Source: Chrysomallon squamiferum (Eukaryota; Animalia; Mollusca). Taken from it: a stretch of 64,000 bases of DNA. The notes beneath the pieces were generated by a model. That model did no database searches. It was not told the DNA's origin and was given only the letters and a program-made list of their open reading frames with translations. The translations under genes and the position numbers were made by a program. Below, in pieces: positions 47,381-61,774 of this stretch (position 1 is the stretch's first letter; each line of letters starts with the position of its first letter). The stretch covers positions 18,848,001-18,912,000 of the forward strand of contig CM022669.1 in assembly GCA_012295275.1 (NCBI GenBank), given 5' to 3'.

Positions 47381-47668
47381 TAATCCACTAGGCAGGAATA
47401 AGCCATTAGATAAAGGAGCTATTTTTTAGGATCTAATATCCTGGAAGAATAAAAGTTCAGAAGTTCAAAAGCGTTTTTCACTGATGAGGTTACCAGAAGA
47501 GGAAAGCTGTAGATTGCAGCAGATCAGAAATCTCATCGTGTTTAACACAGTTCTGTTCACGTCACAGCCTTCGCTAAAGGAGAAAATTATCAGACAAAAA
47601 TATCAGTATCGACTGACGTGATTTAAATTAAATATAAATGTAAAAAGTATTAAAACTTATATATATAT

Positions 47669-47699
<31 letters not shown>

Positions 47700-48194
47700 C
47701 ATACATACATACTTAAACCTAAATATATTGAAAATATAAGCTGAATTACCTTATTGCATTCTTATATATATATATACATATATAGATATATGTGTGTATG
47801 TGTGTGTGTGTTTCTGTGTGTGTGTGTGTGCTCCAACTACTGACGTAATCTCGTAACGTTAATGTAAAACGGACGATAACGGCTTTGAGAAAACTAAAAG
47901 GTTAAACCATGTCCAAAATGTCTTTCCAATTTCCATTAATTCCCCACTAAGTAATGTTCTCAGTTTCTACGGTCATTTTTCTTCTGTTTCTTAAAAGGTC
48001 CAACAGAAAGCTTTAATGTCAAAATGTTTCTTGTTTGCGTGATAATGTTGAGGGTAACGGTAATAGTAATTATGATGATAATGATAATGGTGATGATAAT
48101 TTAATGATAATGACTAATGCTGATGCTATTTTTGTTTCATGATTACGTCGGGGTTGTTATTATTATGATAAAATATCTTCAAAAAAGTTGTTAT

Positions 48195-48232
<38 letters not shown>

Positions 48233-48314
48233 ATTATTATTATTATTATTATTATTCACTCTAGATTTTATTCTATCAGAAACTGGATATTCTCTCAGGG
48301 TTATCGTTCTTTAC

Positions 48315-48583
<269 letters not shown>

Positions 48584-50101
48584 AGATTTTCTCTTTGTGT
48601 CTACGTCTTTTTGGCTGTATTTGTCACTGACCCACAGACTCACAGACTCAGCTTCATTTCCCTGCAGTTTGTACAAAATTACATGGCCGGCATTAGCTCA
48701 GCACGTAATTTGTAATTACGTAGATAACGACGTCTAAACATTTTGATGATTCATCGATTAGGTGTACAGACAGACATACGTATCTCAGTTATTACGTTTG
48801 ATCATCTAATAATGTACCTATATATATCCGTGTGTGGGTGTGGGTGTGTGTGTGTATGAAATGTCTTTATATTGAGCATTCACATCTGTGTATGTTTTTG
48901 ATACTTAATTACCTAAAAAAAAAAAAAATGAGTGCTATGCTAGAGGTATTTTGCACCTACATAACGCGATGGAGTGGACAATTTCGCTGGAAGCAAATTT
49001 GTTTCAGTAACATGAACAGAAAATATAACATCTAATGACAGGATGTAAATACGATCTTAGTCGTGCCGGTTTTAACGCTAATTACAACAACAAAAATAAG
49101 TTGCTGAGATATCGATGTATCTAAGTTAAATGAAGATATGAAAATATGTGTAGTGTGAAGTGGAAAACAAAAATAATTAGAGATTGATAGATACTGTGTG
49201 TTTTAAAACTGATGTGTGAAAGAGAAGCAGTTTTGTTTGGTGTTATTTATTGTAAGTGAATGTTAGATCATTCTTCAGATGAAATTAATCTTGTAAATCG
49301 TGTAATGCAACACACAGACACACATATACTGCGCACGGGCCAAAACAAACATATTTGATCTGTGAAAAATATGTAATGATAACAATAACAACGGCAACAA
49401 GGTAATTTTATGTTCGTCTTCACGTTTTTATACTACAATCACTGGTGTAAAGCTTGAGAAAGAAAAGAGCTTATGATATATATATATATAAGATGAAAGA
49501 CATGCGTAGATGCCAAGAAAACAACAACAAAAAACAGTGTTTGACAAATGTATAGGAGAAAAACGATATACTACGTTTTCTTCGTTAAAGTATACATATT
49601 TTACAACAGTGCAACGTTCTACGCGATGTTTCAAGCCAAACATCTTCTTTCGTGACTGTTACACTTCAGAACAGCTCGCTACTCGAGTCTTTCAAACCCT
49701 GATTGTCAGAGAGAATGTAAATATGTTTATGAAAAAAAAAAAAACTTATTCCTGTGAAAACCTGAGGTTAACTGAGGGAGAACGGCTCATGAGATGCTTC
49801 TGTTTGTCTGAGAACAGTCCTACATGTTTTGTTTTAGCTTCCAGACAAAACTGTGAAATGTTTTCTGAAAGTCGAGGGAGAATGGTCATCACATGTGATG
49901 TTCGTCATGTTGAAAAGGTCAAGACAAATGACGTCTTTATGTTGTTGCTGTTGTTGTTGCTTTATTTTCTGTGACTTTTTTTTTAACAAAATGTTTTTTA
50001 ATATATATATTCCTTTTTAAAATTTATTTTGCTTTTATTTGACAGTGTGTTTGTGTATAAACCATTATTTCATTGTTACGACTTGTCTCCGAGTCATTCG
50101 G

Positions 50102-50235
<134 letters not shown>

Positions 50236-51164
50236 CCTCCCTCCCTCTCTCTCTCTCTCGGTATTTCTCTCTTATCATCTTTATCCTTATATATCTTCTT
50301 TATCGTTTCTCTTTTGTATCACGCTCTCTCTCTCTTACACACATCTACTTCTCTCTAAATATCCGTCTTTAACCCGCGATATCTAATTATTCTACAAGCT
50401 ACACTCGCTTCTTCCTCGCACGTACACCCTGAAACATCTTTTTCTCCTTTTCCTGCAAGTGGATCATTAACTTCACGCTTTATACAAAAATGTCCAAATT
50501 AAATGGAAAATCAATTAGCAAAGGATTGTAACCGTTCACGTTTTAAAAGTACATACCAGTGTTTAACGAAGGAAGTGCAAGTCAATTACTGAGCTGGTTT
50601 CCAGCACCTAATCCTAACACCTGTAGATTTTAGTGAAACGGGATAAAAGGGATAATCTCTCTATTTCTCCACGATTAACCTACTTTTGTAGACGAAAATG
50701 TGTTTTCATTAAGCATATTACTGTATACTTTAAAAACATATTTTAACTAAATCGCATTGGAATGTTTTACTGGCATCCGACATATTTCATTAGATGTCGA
50801 GAATTGTTTAGGTCCATTTAAATTAAATTGCAGCCAAAAGGAAACGTAATTTTTGTTTTTCTTCTATTTTTTTAATTGTTTGTCCCAAAACACGATGAGG
50901 TTGTTAAAAGAATGAAAGAAAGAATGTTCGTAAAAAGATACCTCATGTTTTAATAATCAAGATAGTTAGATCCGCATGTTTTGGTATGTGTATATGTGTA
51001 TATGTATGTGTATCTGTATATGTATGGGTGTCGGTATGTATTTAAGGCGTAAGTGAATGCCTATGTTTATGTGTATGTCTATGTACATATCTATGAATCG
51101 ATGTCAGTATGCATGTGTGTGTATTCTTTTTCTGTAATGATGTTTAATCTTAACGATGAATTTG

Positions 51165-51258
<94 letters not shown>

Positions 51259-51281
51259 CAGACAGATAGATAGACAGATAT

Positions 51282-51376
<95 letters not shown>

Positions 51377-51446
51377 TATAGTTGTATATATATACATAAA
51401 TATACATACATACATACATACATATAAATGCACACCCACACACATA

Positions 51447-51488
<42 letters not shown>

Positions 51489-51489
51489 C

Positions 51490-51630
51490 TTCTCTCAACT
51501 AGGGGTAAGCATAACATGTCCTTGAAAAGAGTCTGGGTGCGGCGTTTGCGTGAACGAGAAAGAGCTAAGAGAACAGTCAATTGTTAACATGTCAGGCGAA
51601 CGCTCTAACCACTGAGCTTCTGCCTCGGCT
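51490..51630 (-). mobile_element. Degenerate tRNA-derived SINE
   Basis: Minus strand reads agctcagtggttagagcgttcgcctga (tRNA A-box head), then ctctttctcgttc. Confidence 0.6.
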
Positions 51631-52062
51631 GACTTCACTACAGTAGTGTTCAGTGCGCGCAGCAGAAACGTGCCTCTGTAAACGAAGACGAAGAAAAAAG
51701 CAAGATTTATTACAAATGTCGTAAATACTGAAACACATTCCTGAAAGCGTGCTTTTAATTATCGCAATTACGGGCTATTTTTGTGATATTTTTTTATTTA
51801 TTTATTTTTTTCCTGCACCTGATTTAACTTTAAAAAAAACGTAAAGACTACATGCACTTTTCCTTCCCTTTGTTTGTTGGTATGTCTGTCTCTGTGTCTG
51901 TGGTGTAAGTTATTTATCTATCTATATAGCTGTCTGTATCACTATCTGTCTTTCTGTCTGTCTCTCTGTCTGTCGATCTATGTATCTATATATCTGTATA
52001 TCTATCTATCTATCTATCTGTATATCTATCTATCTGTATCTGTATCTCTCTCTCTCTGTATC

Positions 52063-52165
<103 letters not shown>

Positions 52166-52511
52166 CCTCCCCTCCCCTCCCCTCCCCAACTATCTCCCCC
52201 GACTCTCTTTCTCTTCTCTAAGTTAGGGCAAACAGTTATGGAAACAATTGGTTCTGCATTCTTAGAAATCAGATACAAAAATATTTGACAGATCGTGGCA
52301 AATAATTGACAATTATAATTACGTTTGTACAAATATCTGAAGGTTCTGAGTGGTTTGTGCGGTTCAAGCATTAAATCAGCTTTTCACTTAAGACACACTT
52401 TTAGTTAGTTTTATTTTTATTTTCTCTTTCTTTTTTTTTTTTTTTTTTCTTTTTTTTTCTTTTTGTTTTACACTGTTTTATTATTTTACTGAATGTGAAA
52501 TAACCAGCAGG

Positions 52512-52546
<35 letters not shown>

Positions 52547-53069
52547 ATTAGAAAGAAGAAAAAGAAATAACGCTTGATTTAAGGTGATTCAAAATTAGAA
52601 AATCAAATATAGTATCAAATTCTGCTTATTTGTCGTTTGCTATTACAGCTTAATCGTTCGCCTGCGCTGGAGAGGATTATGGGATCGAGACGGATCTGTT
52701 TCCGAATACAGCCGAATCTCAAAAACAGTCAAAAATTGTGACATTTCTAAGTGAAATGTCTTACAATAAAGAAACGTTTCTTTCACGTAATCGACTGAGT
52801 TAAGGTGATGGATGCGGCAAAACTGCACAAAAAGTCTGCTTGTTGTAACGTGGGTGTTTTAAACGTACAGAAACAGCAAGAATCGTCTGGTGGGAGTGCT
52901 GTTACAGTACGGAAAAAAAAAAAAAAAAAAAAAAAGGATTTTTGAAAATTATATAAAAGAATATATATATATATTTTTTAACACACAATCAACGCATCTC
53001 ATTACTTCGATAAACAGACATCACATATAAATTATAATTAATAATCACACACATAATTAAATGTAGTCG

Positions 53070-53290
53070 AATGAGGGGGTCACAACTTTTGCTTATTTAG
53101 CAGCAAGAAATCTTGTTTGTCCACCTTCCCGTTACACAGCATAGCGTATATTAATAAACCAGTTATGGTGCTGGGATTTAAGTCTTGTTGGAACGGGAAA
53201 TAATTTAACGGGGGACACTGACAAAGTATTTATCCTATAACATAACAAACCTGATCGTCCGATCTAACCACTGAGCCACATCCCGTCACA
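53070..53290 (-). mobile_element. tRNA-derived SINE, head plus core
   Basis: Minus strand: gacgggatgtggctcagtggttag (A box) ... attatttcccgttcca ... cagcaccataactggtttat ... ggaaggtggacaaacaagatttcttgctgcta. From memory this resembles a gastropod SINE family; not searched. Confidence 0.7.
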
Positions 53291-53779
53291 ACTGAAATTG
53301 GAAACACAAACTCTCTAACACCCTTCTGGACTTTGTTTCCAGTTTGTTTCTGTTTCTACACTCAATAATCTTCATTTAACTTAGGTACATCGATATCTTA
53401 GTAACTTTTTTCTTCTTGTTTTTTATAATTAACGTTAAAACCGGCACCACTAAGATCGTATTTACATCCTGTCGTTAGATGTTATATTTTCTGTTCATGT
53501 TACTGAAACAAATTTGTTTCCAGCGAAATTGTCCACTCCATCGCGTTATTTAGGTGCAAAATACCTCTAGCATAGCACTCTGGATTTTTTTAGTTATTTA
53601 GATATAGGTTACAAAAACGTCATGCTGGAATAGCGTGACGTAGGTGATGCCCAGTTAATTAAAGATAACAAAAAAAAAGAAGAAAACGACCAAACGAATA
53701 GACAAATAGCTGTGTTAATAGGTGCAAGGTGGAGATTTTATGAATCAAGGAGTCTTTATTAGTCTAAATTTATATTATT

Positions 53780-54200
53780 TTCTCCTTCTTCTTCTCCCCC
53801 ACCTCTTCTTCCACTTCTTCTTCTTCATCTTCTTCATCTTCTTGTTTATCTTTTTCTTCATCTTCTTCTTCTTCTTCTTCATCTTCTTCTTCTTCTTCTT
53901 CATTTTCTTCTCTCTTCTTCTTCTTCTTCTTCTTCATCTTCTCTTCTTCTTCTTCTTCTTCTTCTTCTTCTTCTTCATCTTCTTCTTCTTCATCATCTTC
54001 TTCTTCTTCATCTTCTTCATCTTTTTGTTTATCTTCTTCTTCATCTTCTTCTCTTCTTCTTCTTCATCTTCTTCTTCTTCATCTTCTTCTTCTTCATCAT
54101 CTTCTTCATCTTCTTGTTTATCTTCTTCTTCTTCTTCTTCATCTTCTTCTCTTCTTCTTCTTCTTCTTCTTCTTCTTCTTCTTCGTCGTCGTCGTCGTCT
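53780..54200. repeat. (TTC/ATC)n trinucleotide tract
   Basis: About 400 bp, pyrimidine-biased; source of the poly-F/S/L ORFs here. Confidence 0.95.
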
Positions 54201-54825
54201 TATTATTATTATTACGTTGTTGTTGTTAGTTATTATGTTAAGAGAATCAGCTACTGTTATTATGAAAATGTGTATGCATGTGTATGTGCATATGTATATC
54301 TATGTATATGTGTGTGTATTAGTTCTATGTATCTGTTAGTAGTAGTAATAGTATGCGTACTAGTACTAATGGTAATAGTAACAGTAGTATAATGTGTTTT
54401 ACTACTACTACTACTACTACTACACTACCACTACTACTACTACTACCACTTTTACAAATACTAACTACTATTATCTTAATCAGCATCAACATTTATATAC
54501 TTGTATCTGCTTGCATAGTTACCTAACTGTATGCTTACGGAATTTTTATTTTTTTACTTTTTTTTTTTTTTTTCGGATACATTTTTTTTTTTTTTTTTTT
54601 TTTTTTAATGCAGTTATTATTTCATGAATTACGTCCTTATTTTAACCTTTATGAAACGTGATTTCTAGAAACTGATACAATTACGTTGCTTCTTTTTTCT
54701 CCCTGGGCCAAAATGTTTTGACAAAAGTCGCCCTCAGGCAACTTCTTGAATGAATCTTAATAATGCAGAAATACTTGATACGCGCCCACAGCTAAATTTA
54801 CCACAGAATTAGCGAAATAACAGGC

Positions 54826-55271
54826 ATCTAAGGAACAACGTGATGAGACAGAATGTGGGACTTAAACCATTCGAGGACCATTCGAGGAAAAGAAAGACGG
54901 AATCAACAAAGGGAAGAAAGAATAAGCTTCTGACAAGAGCAGAGGTTTCCCACCCCACACGCAAATAAAATAAAAAAATAAAAAAATAAATATGTATTGG
55001 TTAATGTCTACTACAACAAATCTGCAAATCTTACAATTGCCATACAGCGTCTTAAATAAATAAAATATAATATAATCGATTGTAAACAAAGAATTGTACA
55101 AAGGTAATAAAAGTATCTAAACTGTAAACGATTTTATATAATAATATGTCACAGGAATAATAATAATAATGACGATGATGATGATTATGATCATGATGGT
55201 GAAAATAATGATGATGGTCATGATAATAATAACAACAACAACAACAACAATGACTTCCAGTAAATCACACA

Positions 55272-55318
<47 letters not shown>

Positions 55319-56532
55319 CACCCACAGAAAACTATTCAAAATAATGCATCAAAATGAAATTTGTTTCTTCTGTCATTAGAAATGTTTAGAGAGATAGTGA
55401 CACCATTAGTCTCTCATTGTTTGATAAATTCTCAGATAGGAAGTGTGGGATATCTGTCAGTATTTATGGAACTAAACTGTATCATCTTGCTGTGAAAATC
55501 TTTTCTGACGTAAACTTCAAATGGACTGTTTGCTTCCAGCTCGGTGTCAGTGAGTTTACATGAAAGGCGCAGGATCAGAGAGTATACATAAACACGAATA
55601 CACACGCACATAAAAAACACACACAGAGCTGTGTATATGTGATAGATACAGAATACGAACACATGCACGCACGCACGCACGCACACATGGATACAGACAC
55701 ACTCTGTCTGTGTCTGTGTGTGTGTTTGTGAAAATAACAAATATGAAACTAATTTCTACAAATGCACAAAAATGTCGACTCAGTAACATATCATTTCTCT
55801 ATCTCATCTTTTCAGAATTCAACATATTATAAGGTTGTCTGTAAATATGTATTATGAATGTATGAATGTATGAATATATATATATGATAATTTGATATTA
55901 ATGAGGAAAATAAGGATTACTTAACACAAAATATATTACACAGAAAACGTATCTTACCTTACCCAAATTTTATTTATTTATTTATTTATTTATTTATATA
56001 TTTATTTATTTTAAAGATTGATATTGATTCAGTTCTTTATTACTGGTGCGGTTGTTGTTGCTAATTATTATTATTATTATTATACATTTCTTACACTTTT
56101 ATTTATCAATGACTGTTGTTCCTGTTCTATTACTGGGGCTGTCGCTCGCTCTGACAAAATCATTAATATATATTTTTTTGTTTTGTAAAACTCGCGTTCT
56201 CTTCCTTCATCAACAGAAATATTTCGTTTATGCTGCATAATTCACAGCGTGTTTCTTTGTAATGTGAAGTATCTGTATCAGCCGACATCATCGTTTAGTT
56301 CTGTTTACATAAATATACAAAATGTTTTCATTAAGGTAACTTTAGCAACAGAGTGTTGAAACCACAGGTATCTCAACTCGTCTGTTTATTCAAAAATAAT
56401 AATAATAAAAATAACAAGTTTTTTTAAGTCTAAATTTTCATCGAGTGAACAAGTACATATATATATATTTATATTTATTTATTATTACATCATCATCATT
56501 TTAAATATATATATATATAAAATGATGATGAT

Positions 56533-56567
<35 letters not shown>

Positions 56568-58019
56568 TAATGGTAAAAGAAAAATGGCAGAAAAAAAGCG
56601 ACAAAGGTAAAGAATTGAGAAATGAAATAATGAAACAAAGAGTAACGAAAAATAAAGGAATTTAAAATAATAGTCTTAGCGATGAACATGTTAAGAGATA
56701 TGTATACACAGAAAACAGACAGACAGACAGATTGACAGTAAAATATTAGAACAAGAGACAGATAGATTTACACATAGAAACTGATAGACACTGTAATAAA
56801 CAAAGAAAACAAAAAAAGAAAAATTAAATGAAACAAACAAAGCAAAGAAATAAAAGAAAGAGTGATTTAGAAAACAGAAAGGAAAGATAGAAAAAAGAAA
56901 CAAAGAACGGAAGAGATAAGAAATGAGAAACTGAGAAAAGAGAGAAAGAAAAAGAGAAATAAAGAATGATGAAAAAAAAAAAAAGATAAAACGAAGGTAA
57001 AAAGGAAAAAAAAAATTAAACTTGAAAGACATTAAAAAAAAAAAAAAAGGATAAATAAAAAAAAAAAAAATAAAGGACCGAAAGTGAAAAAAGAGAGAAA
57101 TATTAATGAAGAAAAATGAAAACGAAGAAAAAAAAAAAAAAAGGTAAAAAAAAAACAAATTAAAAACATTATTGTACGGAAGAACCAAATAACCTAAGAA
57201 TGAAGGAAAGTCACAATTATGGAAGAAGAAAAGTAGAATGAAAGAAAGAAATAAACGTAAGACAGAAAGAAAATAGTGAATTCAAAAAGAACTTCAGTGG
57301 AACAAAAGAAACAAACAAACAACTTAATACAGAATGTTGTAATAAAGAAAGTACTTAACAAACAGAGGAAAAAGAAAGAAACAACTTAGTATAGAAATAA
57401 TAATAAGAAGACAGGAGTAGAGAAGATCGTAAAGAAGGTCGTAAGAAAACACAGACGATCTCGACAGATTAACACCATTTTTCAGAGACTGAGGACAAAC
57501 CGGAGTCCTCTTCAGTTCTAAATCGTAGACATCCGACAACACACTGACATGCTAGTGACTGCGAGACAAAGAATCACTTTGATATTGGATCTGGCGAGAA
57601 AAAACACAGCTTTAATCGATTGTATATGCAGTTTTTCTTTTTTTACATCAACATTTTTATCTAAAAAAAAAAAAAATTTTTAAAAAAAGAAATAAATGAA
57701 ATGTAATGAGCAACTGAAACCTAATTTTGTCTAAGTGAGGATATACGAGTGTTGTGAATGTTGTGAAATAAAAGTAATTTATATATATATGTATTATAGA
57801 AAGATTTTAAGATAGTATAATGGATTATTCAGAGAGACAGATAAAGCTGGATAAAAAAAAGAAATACCTAACTATTGAAAATAATAATTGTGATGAATGT
57901 CTTTTTAATGTTTAGATAATTTCTATAACTTTTTTTCCTTAGTTCCATTTTGTTTTATTTTTGTTTTATTTATTTGTCTTTTTCACTTTCTTTCATTATC
58001 TCTATTTCTTTCTTTTTGT

Positions 58020-58118
<99 letters not shown>

Positions 58119-58534
58119 AAACAAATCGTGGATGTAACGAATAAAAAAGAATGTACGAAAAAAAAAAATCATATGCATTTTCATTCAGAATGATTATTTT
58201 GTATAAAAAGGGCTTTTTTGAAAAAATCCTTTTCGCTTCTAATAAAAATCGTCTTAAGCAAAGTACACTGAATGCATTTTTCTTATATTCCCAGCATTAG
58301 TTTCTCAATTATTGTAATTACGTTTCTCAAATCACCAACCAGAAATATTCTGACCTTGTGTTTTTGAAAATAAGAAGTGGAACATTTCTGTTAACAGATA
58401 GGTTACCATGACAATTGTCTTGCGACTCTTCACGGACGAATATCAGCTTACAAGAAATAAAACAATTTTTTCTCTTTGCGTTGAAAGGCGATTTTGTATT
58501 GTTTTTAGTTTCTGTAATATATATTATAGGTGTT

Positions 58535-58574
<40 letters not shown>

Positions 58575-58870
58575 TCTGTGTGTGTGTTTACACGTCTGCA
58601 TAAGTTTATCTTCTGCAAACTGATTTTTTCTTTCTTCTGTTGAAAGAACGTATTGCTCGTGCAGATATCAACACGGTCGTAAATAACTTCAGTAAACAAA
58701 TAATGGAGAAGCTTTTAACAAGAAACGACAAAAATACCTTCTCCTTTGTATACTTTTACAGAAAAATAATATGCAGACACAGTTTTTCTTAGATTCAATA
58801 TTCGTCTTTTTTCTTTCTTTCTTTCTTCTTATGTTTATTCTTATTGTCATTATCATTGTCATTATCATTG

Positions 58871-58933
<63 letters not shown>

Positions 58934-59300
58934 CTGTCATCATATATCGTTATATAAAATCGTTTGTGCGTGCGAATACTGTTTAGATAGTTTTAGTACT
59001 GTTAACCTTTGTACGACTCTACGCGTGCAACCTATTATGTTATATTTTATTCATTTAATACGCTCTATGGAAACTCAAACATTTGAAGATTTGTCATGGT
59101 AGACATAAAACAATACATCTTTATTTTTTGTCTTTATTTATTTTATTTTATTATTATATTTTTGTGTTGGGTGGGGAAACTGGGCTCTTGTCAGAAGCTT
59201 ATTCTTTCTTTTCTCTTTGTTGATTCCGTCTTTCTTTCCTTCACTTGGTCCTCGAATGGTTCAAGTCCCAAATTCTGTCTCATTTTTTGTCTCTTAGATG
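54826..59300. repeat. Long inverted repeat pair 4: arms about 54826-55200 and 58860-59300
   Basis: gagacagaatgtgggacttaaaccattcgaggacca...agaaagacggaatcaacaaag...aaagaataagcttctgacaagagc matches the reverse complement of gctcttgtcagaagcttattcttt...ctttgttgattccgtctttct...tggtcctcgaatggttcaagtcccaaattctgtctc. Confidence 0.95.
56481..56540. repeat. Palindrome with an (AT)n centre
   Basis: attattacatcatcatcatttta-[aatatatatatata]-taaaatgatgatgatgtaataat; perfect 23-bp arms. Confidence 0.9.
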
Positions 59301-59305
59301 TATGT

Positions 59306-59349
<44 letters not shown>

Positions 59350-59375
59350 CCCTCTCCCTCTCCCTCTCCCTCTCC

Positions 59376-59930
<555 letters not shown>

Positions 59931-60540
59931 CAGTCCAAATAAGTCACAGCGAGACAGAAGTAGATGCGTAGAGTCGGGGAGTATTTCCAATTAACTAAAA
60001 TGAAACCCGTACATCAAAGTCGTTACTTCAGAGATCGCTTGGTGAACATCATAAAGAATTGTTTGTAGTCATCAAGCGACTCAGTCTGCGCTATCATCTC
60101 GTGCATGTCCAGTGTCAGAAAGTCTGGGGAATCTGACAGAAAGAAAAGGCCTCTGAAAAGTGTCTGGTGGTAATTGTTGAAATTTCGCACAGTGACATCG
60201 GTGTGTGAGTTTGTTCGTGTACGTGTTGTGAATTCTAGACTATTAACCAAAGCTGCCCATTTTTTGCTGTGTCTGTGTACTTTCCGTTACAGTTTATGCT
60301 GGCTGAAACTTACATATCTAATAGATTGGCAGTCCATTTTTTTTTTTTTTTTTTTTTTTCTTTGTTTGTTTGTTTTTCGTTGTTGTTGGGGTTTTTTGTG
60401 GTTTTTTTATTTATTGTTTTTAATAGTTTTGCATCCTTATAACAAGAAAATAAAAAAAATATTATGTTCTTGGAGCGTACAAAAATTATGAATGGTCCAC
60501 TAGGAAATAAAAGGATAAATTATTGTCAAAAAAAAAATAA

Positions 60541-60600
<60 letters not shown>

Positions 60601-60672
60601 AAGAGAAAGAGCTACTGACAAAGCTTAGATAGATAGAAAAACAACTTTACGATTAAAAAGAAAACTAATCAT

Positions 60673-60777
<105 letters not shown>

Positions 60778-61173
60778 ATACAAAATAGTGTTGGGTGTCT
60801 TGATAACAGTACAGGACACAAACACGAATCAACACAGTCTAATACAAGGTGAAAAGCCAGTTGCTGGAAGTCAGCTACAGCAGAAATGAGGATGTATGCT
60901 GATCCGGACTGAAAAAAGGAAACACATATTGTGCGCGTTATTAACTGACTGATTTATCTGCACTGCGCATGTCCATTGTTGGACGGCGGTGATTGCTTGA
61001 AATCAGTCATCGATCTTTCTGCGCTGAACGTTATAAACTACTCGACTAGTGTTTCTGCCGCTGTTACTCCGAGTCCGTTATACCGCGTTACGTCTGCACG
61101 CGGCCGAAAACCAATCTTTTGTTGTTTTTTTTTTACTTGCGGGAAACTTTGGTCGACTTCACAAAACCCGGGG

Positions 61174-61187
61174 CACGTCATATAAAA
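61174..61187 (+). promoter_or_regulatory. CRE-like site abutting a TATA box; candidate proximal promoter of the GnRH/AKH-type receptor
   Basis: CACGTCA then TATAAAA (61181-61187), 57 nt before the ATG, at the end of a CpG-rich stretch that includes NRF1-like TGCGCATGT at 60964. Confidence 0.5.
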
Positions 61188-61237
61188 ATTGGAAAAACTA
61201 AATTTCTGGAAGAAAAATAACTTTTATACTTTTTACT

Positions 61238-61774
61238 ATGAACGGGTTAGGGGACTCGGTGAAACTGTCCTACAACAGCACAAACACGACCGTAATGTGC
61301 AACTCTTCTAACCTGTCGACATGTGTTTCCGTGGATACCACCATCCCGAGAATCATGCGCTTCAACGACGAGCACCTGATTTCCATAGTTGTCTACTCGT
61401 GTCTCTTCGTGATAGCGGCGTGCGGGAACCTCACCGTGTTCATAACACTGTTCCGTAATCGAAACATAAAGTCTAGAGTGAACCTCTTCATTCTGCACCT
61501 CTCCATAGCGGACCTTATCGTAACTTTCCTCATGCTGCCTCTGGAGACGGTCTGGAATTTGACGGTGGCCTGGAAAGCCGGGGACCTGGCCTGCAGGATT
61601 CTTATGTTTTTTCGTATCTTTGGTTTGTACCTGTCTTCTTTTATTCTCGTTACTATTAGTCTGGATAGATACTTCGCCATTATGCACCCGCTCAGTCTGA
61701 ATGACGCCGACAAACGAGGGAAAATCATGTTGTGCCTGGCCTGGCTCTTCAGCTTCATAGCCAGCATACCGCAG
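61238..61774 (+). CDS. GNRHR: GnRH/adipokinetic-hormone-type neuropeptide receptor, first coding exon (N-terminus to TM4); remainder beyond the window
   Basis: 179 codons with N-glycosylation sequons, GNLTV (TM1), LHLSIADL (TM2), WNLTVAWKAGDLACRILMFFRIFGLYLSSFILVTISLDRY (AKHR/ACPR-type TM3), HPL, and LAWLFSFIASIPQ|GTAAGT, the family-typical phase-0 intron. Confidence 0.95.

Noticed and set aside
51595-51630. tRNA gene suggested by GCTCAGTGGTTAGAGC (also near 53270)
   Set aside because: No T-arm or acceptor stem follows; better explained as SINE heads.
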